Below, piece after piece: positions 57,963 to 64,000 of a stretch of 64,000 nucleotides of DNA. The notes below the pieces were generated by a model. That model searched no databases. It was given only the letters and a program-made list of their open reading frames with translations, and was not told where the DNA came from. The stretch's first letter is position 1, and each line of letters opens with the position of its first letter. Both the position numbers and the translations under genes were made by a program. This DNA comes from an uncultured delta proteobacterium. Lineage in GTDB: Bacteria; Desulfobacterota; Desulfobacteria; Desulfobacterales; JAHEIW01. The DNA is taken from positions 1 to 64,000 of the forward strand of contig CAVPNL010000015.1 of assembly GCA_963706575.1 (NCBI GenBank), in the 5' to 3' direction.

Positions 57963-58616
57963 CTACTTGGAGGGTTTGACCAGTTGTTTGGCCGCGTCTA
58001 CCGCTTCAGTGACATCCTGGCCATACCCATCCGCCCCGATTGAATCCGCCCATTCCTTCGTCACGGCGGCCCCGCCCACCATTGTTTTGACGTGATCTTT
58101 AAGGCCGGCCTCTTTGAGCGCCACCTCAAGCTTCTTCTGGCTCATCATGGTCGTGGTCATCAGGGCCGATGTGGCCACAATATCCGCCTTGAGTTCTTTG
58201 GCTTTTTCAATAAATTTTTCGATCGGCACATCGGCGCCCAGATCATGTACTTCAAAACCATAGACCTCCAACATCGTCCCAACGATGCGTTTGCCGATTT
58301 CGTGGATGTCTCCCTGAACGGTCCCGATCACCACAACGCCCATCTTCTTTTTCACATCTTGCCGGGGAATATGCGGATCCAGCAGATCCATGGCCTGTTG
58401 CATGGCGCCTGCGGATAAAAGCACCTGCGGCAACGCGTACTCCTCTTTGGCAAACAAATCACCCACCGTGATCATTCCCTTGGCCAGGCCTTCGCTAATG
58501 AAATCCACGGGATCAAGGCCTTCGGCAATAACCTTGCTGGCAATGTCTACAGCGGCTTCCTCGTCACCGTCCACAACCGCTTTTAAAGCCGCTTTAATCA
58601 GGTCTTCTCTACTCAT
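57963..58616 (-). CDS. mttC: Trimethylamine-type corrinoid protein
   Basis: GTVQGDIHEIGK, DLGADVP, SALMTTTM, GGA, GADGY; directly downstream of the amber-containing mttB. Confidence 0.88.
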   Translation of the reverse strand: MSREDLIKAALKAVVDGDEEAAVDIASKVIAEGLDPVDFISEGLAKGMITVGDLFAKEEYALPQVLLSAGAMQQAMDLLDPHIPRQDVKKKMGVVVIGTVQGDIHEIGKRIVGTMLEVYGFEVHDLGADVPIEKFIEKAKELKADIVATSALMTTTMMSQKKLEVALKEAGLKDHVKTMVGGAAVTKEWADSIGADGYGQDVTEAVDAAKQLVKPSK

Positions 58617-58715
58617 TTTAAAACCTCCAACCCAATATTTTGGTTACAAAACCATTCAGAAAGGTAAAGGGATTCTCCCTCGGGTCTCAGAGAAATTCCA
58701 TTTTGTATCGGAATT

Positions 58716-60195
58716 TTACTTTTCCTTGTCGACACCTAACTCTTCTTCGGCACCCTCAACGATCGATCGAATCGTCGCAAGGACTCCGTCCGGTAACGGG
58801 TCCGGCTCGTGCGTCTCCAATATTTCCCTGGCTTTGGCAGACGCTCTTTCATAAATATCGGTTCCACCCAACTCTTGCCACTTGGAGCGTCTTCTGCGGT
58901 CGATCAGGCTGGGCTGGGATTGGGATCTCATATGTTTGAGGGTGTGCTTCTGGGCCAGAAAATCCTTAAGCGGCCCGACGTCATGAATGACATCCACCGC
59001 CAGATTTTCGTCATCGACCGGAATCCCATTTAAAACATGTTTGATCATTCCGGCAAATTCATTATCCATCACCAGCTGGCCGAAATCTATTGTGACGCCG
59101 CTTTCAAGCATCCCCAGGCCGTAAACCACGTTGACCCCTGCCAACGCAGCGAGTAGCCCGGTGAGTGTCTTTTCATGACCTGCCTGAGCGTCACCCACTT
59201 TGCTATCGCCCTAACCACCGGCCGCAAAGCACGGCAGGGCATATTTACGGGCTAACTGGGCCACGCCGGCGGTGATCATACCGCATTCCGGGGATCCCAA
59301 CCGTTGCCGTTGTTCGCCATAAATCAATCGGACAGGTGGAGCTCCCATAAATCAAAGGCGATCCTTTACACGTCAGTTGATTGAGGACAAGGCTGCCGAG
59401 GACCTCTGCATTCAATACCACCAGGGTTCCTGCCAGCGTTACCGGCGCCGAACCACCGGCCATGGTCATCGATACAATATTGACGGCCAGCCCGGAACGC
59501 GCGCCCTCCATAATGATTTCGCAATGCTCTTTGGAAAACGTGAGCGGGCTTCCCGGGCAGGTAACAAGAGTGAGCAAGGGACGCTCCCTGAGCTTCTCTT
59601 TGCTGCCGACAATGGCGCTCAACATTTCCACAATTTTCCTGGAGCAGTACCCATTGACAGGGCCTAACCAATGGTGTTTGGAAGTATTGGTTAAAGAGGC
59701 TTCGGCATTATGTAAGGAAACGGTTTCCTGGGGGACATCATGAGAAACCATAATCCTTTCATAGGTATCCAGATTATCCAGATAATCAATAATTTTGGCC
59801 CCATTGACCACATCGGCTTTGACCGTCTCGCGATGTTCACCCGTATAGGGGTCATTGATCTTGATGCCCTCACCGAAATTGGTAAATGTCACCCGGTTTC
59901 TTCCCAGCACAACGTCATTTTTCGGGGTGCGGCCGCAAGCAACGAACTGAGAAGGTGTTGATTGAATGGCTTCTTCTACCACCAGGGGGGGAATTTTGAC
60001 GATCTTTTTTTTGGCGTCCACAATCGCTCCCGCCCCGGCGAAGACTTCCATGGCTTCATTATCGTCAACGAAGACGCCGGTCTTCTGGAGAACTTCCAGG
60101 GTTGCCAGGTGAATGTCCTCGAGCGCATCATCGCTAAAGACATTTAAGCTGAATCCCCCGGTCTGATTGCTCCCGGCATGCAAACTGCGTATCAT
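58716..60195 (-). CDS. mttB: Pyrrolysine-containing trimethylamine:corrinoid methyltransferase (in-frame TAG at 59211-59213; +1 indel at 59296-59298)
   Basis: Removing one C joins the two ORFs into about 492 aa: TNFGEG, NTSKH, VGSPECGMI...LPCFAAGG-TAG-GDSKVGDAQAGHEKT. RBS GGGAGG. Confidence 0.9.
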
Positions 60196-60516
60196 GAATA
60201 CACCTCCCTTCACCGAGCTGTCCGACGCTCAGCAACTCCTGTTTTTGATTGATCCTTGTTGTTGTTCAGCATTAAGCGATTACTTAAATAAAAGCTAAAT
60301 ATGTCAAAGACGCTACCAAGTGTCAAGAAACATGAGGGGTTTGAATTCAAAAATGAGATGGCCGGATTTGATTCCATCGCTTATTTCATAGACGGGAGAT
60401 GGGAGATTCCGTTACCCTGGACCGCGAAGACCGTCTGTTGCAAAAAAAATTAAAATTCCATATGTTAATCAAACCAAAAGCATTCATGCTATTCAACCGC
60501 TAATTATTCAGGTGAT

Positions 60517-61693
60517 ATGATGCCGTCAATCGATTTAAAACGAATTCGAGCCGAAACACCGGGTTGTGAGGCCGTTTTGCATTTTAACAATGCCGGTGCG
60601 TCCTTGCCGCCGCAGGCTGTTTATCAGGCCGTCACCGACCATCTAAAACTGGAGAGCCGAATGGGAGGGTATGAGGCCGAGGCGCATGCCCAGGAAAAAC
60701 TGAATCGATTCTATCAGGCATTCGCCGCCTTGCTCAATTGCGATCCGGCGGAAATTGCCTTTATCGAAAATGCCACCCGGGCCTGGGATATGGTTTTTTA
60801 CGCGATCCCGTTTAAACCCGGAGATCGTATTTTGACCGCCCGGGCTGAATACGCCAGTAACTATTTGGCCTTTCTGCATGTCGCCAAGCAAAAAGATCTG
60901 AAAATAGACGTGGTGCCCAATGATGCCAGCGGGCAAATCTCGATCGATGCCCTTGAAGAAATGATCGCTGAAGATGTGAAACTGATCGCCATTACGCACG
61001 TGCCCACCCAGGGTGGTTTGATCAATCCGGCCGAGGCCGTCGGTCAAATTGCGCGCAGGCATAATATATTGTATCTGCTGGATGCCTGCCAATCGGTGGG
61101 CCAGATGCCGATCGACGTAAAAAAGATAAAATGTGACATGCTGTCCGGAACGGGCCGTAAATATTTGCGGGGTCCCCGGGGGACCGGATTTCTTTTCATC
61201 CGCCGGTCTTTGATTGAACTGTTAGAGCCGCCGTTTATCGATCTGCATGCCGCCACATGGATCGACAAAGATCAATTTGAAATACAGAAATGATGCCAGA
61301 CGTTTCGAGAATTGGGAGAGCTATATTGCGGGTCGGATCGGACTGGCAACCGCGGTGGACTATGCCCTCGAGATTGGACTTGAGGCCATTCAGGAGCGCG
61401 TTCAGTATTTGGCCGCATTGCTAAGAAATCGCCTCGCTGAATTAGGCGGGGTTGTCGTGCGTGACCTGGGCCAACATCGATGCGGTATCGTGACATTTAC
61501 CAAAGAGGATGAGAGCGCCTCGGCAATAAAACAACGCCTGGCGTCTCACAAGATCAACATATCTGTATCCCCCGCGCGCTACGCCAGGCTTGATCTGGAT
61601 TCAAGAGGAATTAGTGAATTAGCGCGGGCCTCGGTCCATTATTTCAATACCGAAGCGGAAATTGATCGGTTCTGCACCAAACTTTCCCAATAG
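60517..61693 (+). CDS. Class V PLP-dependent aminotransferase / cysteine desulfurase-like enzyme (frameshift near 61286)
   Basis: HFNNAGASL, ENATRAW, EYASN, LDACQSVGQ, GTGRKYLRGPRGTG, then ARRFE...RASVHYFNT. Confidence 0.87.
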
Positions 61694-61775
61694 CAGAACC
61701 TTTCCCTGATCTGAAATATTGATTAGATGGGGTTTTGAAGCCACTTCTAAAGATTTCAGAATCATAGGAGACAAA

Positions 61776-63536
61776 ATGCGCAAAATACCCAATTACGAAC
61801 AATTTTTACAATTTAGCCACCACGGTGTCATTGCCACGGATAAAGACGGCCGCATCCATTTTGTTAATAAACGGGCCAGAGAAATCCTTAAATTTATCAA
61901 AACCAAAATGAACGGGGTTCACATCGCAAAGCTATTGCCCAAGACCAGTGAAATGGTGGCCCAGTGCCTGGCTACCGGCAAGCCCCAGTTGGAACGCCAA
62001 ATTGCGGGGAAACGGGTCAATCTAATTGTAAACATCAATCCGATAATAGAAAACAAAACCGTAACCGGTTGTGTTTGTAACTTCCTGCGTCTGGATGAAT
62101 TTGAATCAACCGCGTGGAAACTCGAATCTTTTGACTTTTTGGACAGACAATTTAAGACCGTTTTCGAATCCTCCTCAGACGGAATCTGGATTTGCGACAA
62201 GAACGGTCGGGTGGTGCTGATCAACAGGGCATCTGAAAAACTGGGGGGGATTAAAAAAGAGGATATAATCGGAACAAAGGTTTCGGATCTCGTTAAAAAA
62301 AAGAAATTATACAGCAATTATGTGACCGATGAAGTCATCCAAACCAGGCGTGTCGTCAGTCAGTTGCAGCATGTAAAAAACACAAAAAAAACGGTGCTCT
62401 GTACGGGAATACCGGTTTTTGACAGAAATGGCCGGGTGTCTTTGGTGGTTATTAATGAAAGGGATATCACCCAGTTAGAAGCGCTTAAAATACAATTAGA
62501 GGAAACCCGTAAAGAAAAAGATCGCTATAAAAATGAGCTGACCGAACTGAGCATGCTGGAATTGAAAAGGCAAAAAATTGTCTCGGAAAGCGATCAAATG
62601 CGGGAAATTCTGAAGACCGCCCTTAAGCTTGCTCGCCTGGAAGTAACTGACATACTGCTTTTAGGAGAATCCGGTACCGGTAAAGGGCTCCTGGCGAAAT
62701 TCATTCACAACAACAGCAAGAGAAAAAAGAAACCGTTTATTCAAATTAATTGTGCGGCATTGCCCGAAAACCTGCTGGAAGCTGAATTGTTCGGCTATGA
62801 AAAAGGTGCGTTTTCAGGGGCCCGGGAGGAAGGCAAGCCCGGACTTTTCGAGCTTGCCCATGAAGGTACGCTTTTTTTAGACGAGATCGGCGAACTGCCT
62901 TTTTCGGTGCAGGCGAAACTGTTGAAATATCTGGATGATCATAAAGTCCAGCGTTTGGGCGGAATCAAACCCAAATCAATTGACTGCATCATCATCGCAG
63001 CGACCAATCAAGATATCGAACAATTTGTTAACCAAAAAAAATTCCGCAAGGACCTATTTTACCGTCTTAACATTTTAACTATCAAAATTCCGCCCCTGCG
63101 CGAACGCCCCGAAGACATTTTCGAATTGGCCAATAGCTTTTTGCGCCACTATAATCGCAAGTATAAGGAAAAGAAAAAACTGAATCCCCTGGCCCTTTCA
63201 TTGTTGCAGAGCTACTCATTTGCCGGAAATGTCCGCGAGCTCAAAAATATTATAAAAAAGGCGGTCGTGATGAGTGAAGGCGATGTGATCGATACGGTCA
63301 TATTGAGCAGTATCGGCAAAGAAGTGCTCGAAGACCGATGGGAAGTTCGCGGGTCGGATAAAAAAATCAATAATCTGGTGGAAATGCTTGCTGCGCTCGA
63401 AAAGGAGATGCTGAAAAATGCCATGCGGCATTGCAAATCTACGCGCGAGATGGCCCGGTTTTTAAATATCAGCCAGCCGACCGTTGTGCGAAAACTCAAA
63501 AAACACAGCCTGCCCCCGCCCATGATTCAAACCTGA
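61776..63536 (+). CDS. PAS-PAS sigma54-interaction (bEBP) transcriptional regulator
   Basis: Two PAS-like repeats, GESGTGK, INCAALP, ELFGYEKGAFSGA, FLDEIGE, FRKDLFYRL, GNVREL, C-terminal HTH; RBS AGGAG. Confidence 0.92.
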   Translation: MRKIPNYEQFLQFSHHGVIATDKDGRIHFVNKRAREILKFIKTKMNGVHIAKLLPKTSEMVAQCLATGKPQLERQIAGKRVNLIVNINPIIENKTVTGCVCNFLRLDEFESTAWKLESFDFLDRQFKTVFESSSDGIWICDKNGRVVLINRASEKLGGIKKEDIIGTKVSDLVKKKKLYSNYVTDEVIQTRRVVSQLQHVKNTKKTVLCTGIPVFDRNGRVSLVVINERDITQLEALKIQLEETRKEKDRYKNELTELSMLELKRQKIVSESDQMREILKTALKLARLEVTDILLLGESGTGKGLLAKFIHNNSKRKKKPFIQINCAALPENLLEAELFGYEKGAFSGAREEGKPGLFELAHEGTLFLDEIGELPFSVQAKLLKYLDDHKVQRLGGIKPKSIDCIIIAATNQDIEQFVNQKKFRKDLFYRLNILTIKIPPLRERPEDIFELANSFLRHYNRKYKEKKKLNPLALSLLQSYSFAGNVRELKNIIKKAVVMSEGDVIDTVILSSIGKEVLEDRWEVRGSDKKINNLVEMLAALEKEMLKNAMRHCKSTREMARFLNISQPTVVRKLKKHSLPPPMIQT

Positions 63537-63550
63537 AGCTTGCCCCGCGT

Positions 63551-63610
63551 TGCGGGATGAAGCGTCCAATTTTATGATACCAAGGGACTCCTCATGAAAA
63601 CTAATGAGAA
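63551..63610. repeat. 60-bp dispersed direct repeat, copy 2
   Basis: 54/60 identical to 49561-49620. Confidence 0.8.
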
Positions 63611-64000
63611 AATGATATCTTTATTTTGGACGACGTTTGGATACTTTCAATGCCTCGGCAGTCGGTGGATATTTGTTTTTCTGTCAAGATATTCCCCGCT
63701 TTATTTCAGTAAAAATTCCCCTGAATTTTAATCTAATATTCAAAACCTCAAAATTTCATATTGCGTAACCACGTCTAAAAGATTTTCAATTCACCTAGAT
63801 TGCACCATCAGGCACGCATGTCACAATCCAGAACATTCTGAAAATCTTTAGATTGCCACATGTATTCCACATATTGAAACTCGCGAACTATGGCAAGTAA
63901 TGCGCGGCTTAAATATTCATTACATATATGGAATTATTTTATAAAAATTGATATTCGTACATTATTCAATAAATCACAGGTTGATGCCAACATGAAATAA

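Noticed and set aside
59150..59210. PYLIS-like hairpin after the amber codon
   Set aside because: No convincing stem seen by eye, and such an element is not required for Pyl insertion.
60196..60516. tRNA-Pyl or a riboswitch upstream of mttB (AGACGG...CCGTCT pairing at about 60390-60436)
   Set aside because: No cloverleaf or CTCTAAA anticodon loop and no riboswitch consensus I recognise; an Infernal search would settle it.

Overview
A 64-kb bacterial chromosomal segment, most consistent with an anaerobic Desulfobacterales-like organism (inferred from gene content and repeat style, not from a marker gene). The first ~11.5 kb is housekeeping: an ACT-domain protein, lnt, prfB with its programmed +1 frameshift, nfnAB, tatD, a MoxR/VWA pair, a core-MetE-type methionine synthase and tatA. 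The remaining ~52 kb is a methylated-amine / N-methyl-amino-acid catabolic region. It holds soxBDAG plus a second flavoprotein and ETF, an RpiR regulator, four MttB-superfamily methyltransferases, two corrinoid proteins, a corrinoid:THF methyltransferase, two dimethylglycine-dehydrogenase-like proteins, a second ETF with a membrane Fe-S (FadF/EMO-type) partner, a DUF1638-hydantoinase fusion, and an IclR-led operon (4-subunit 2-oxoacid:ferredoxin oxidoreductase, AbfD homologue, DUF362 protein, amino-acid dehydrogenase). Top observation: the mttB at 58716-60195 (-), split into two ORFs by the track, has an in-frame TAG (59211-59213) exactly at the pyrrolysine position. Its three paralogues carry Leu, Cys and Met there, and TAG is still used as an ordinary stop in about a third of the genes. 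Intergenic regions are crowded with REP/REPIN-like and MITE-like elements. Several single-base frameshifts, including in essential genes, indicate sequence errors near both ends of the window. No rRNA, tRNA, CRISPR array or transposase was seen.
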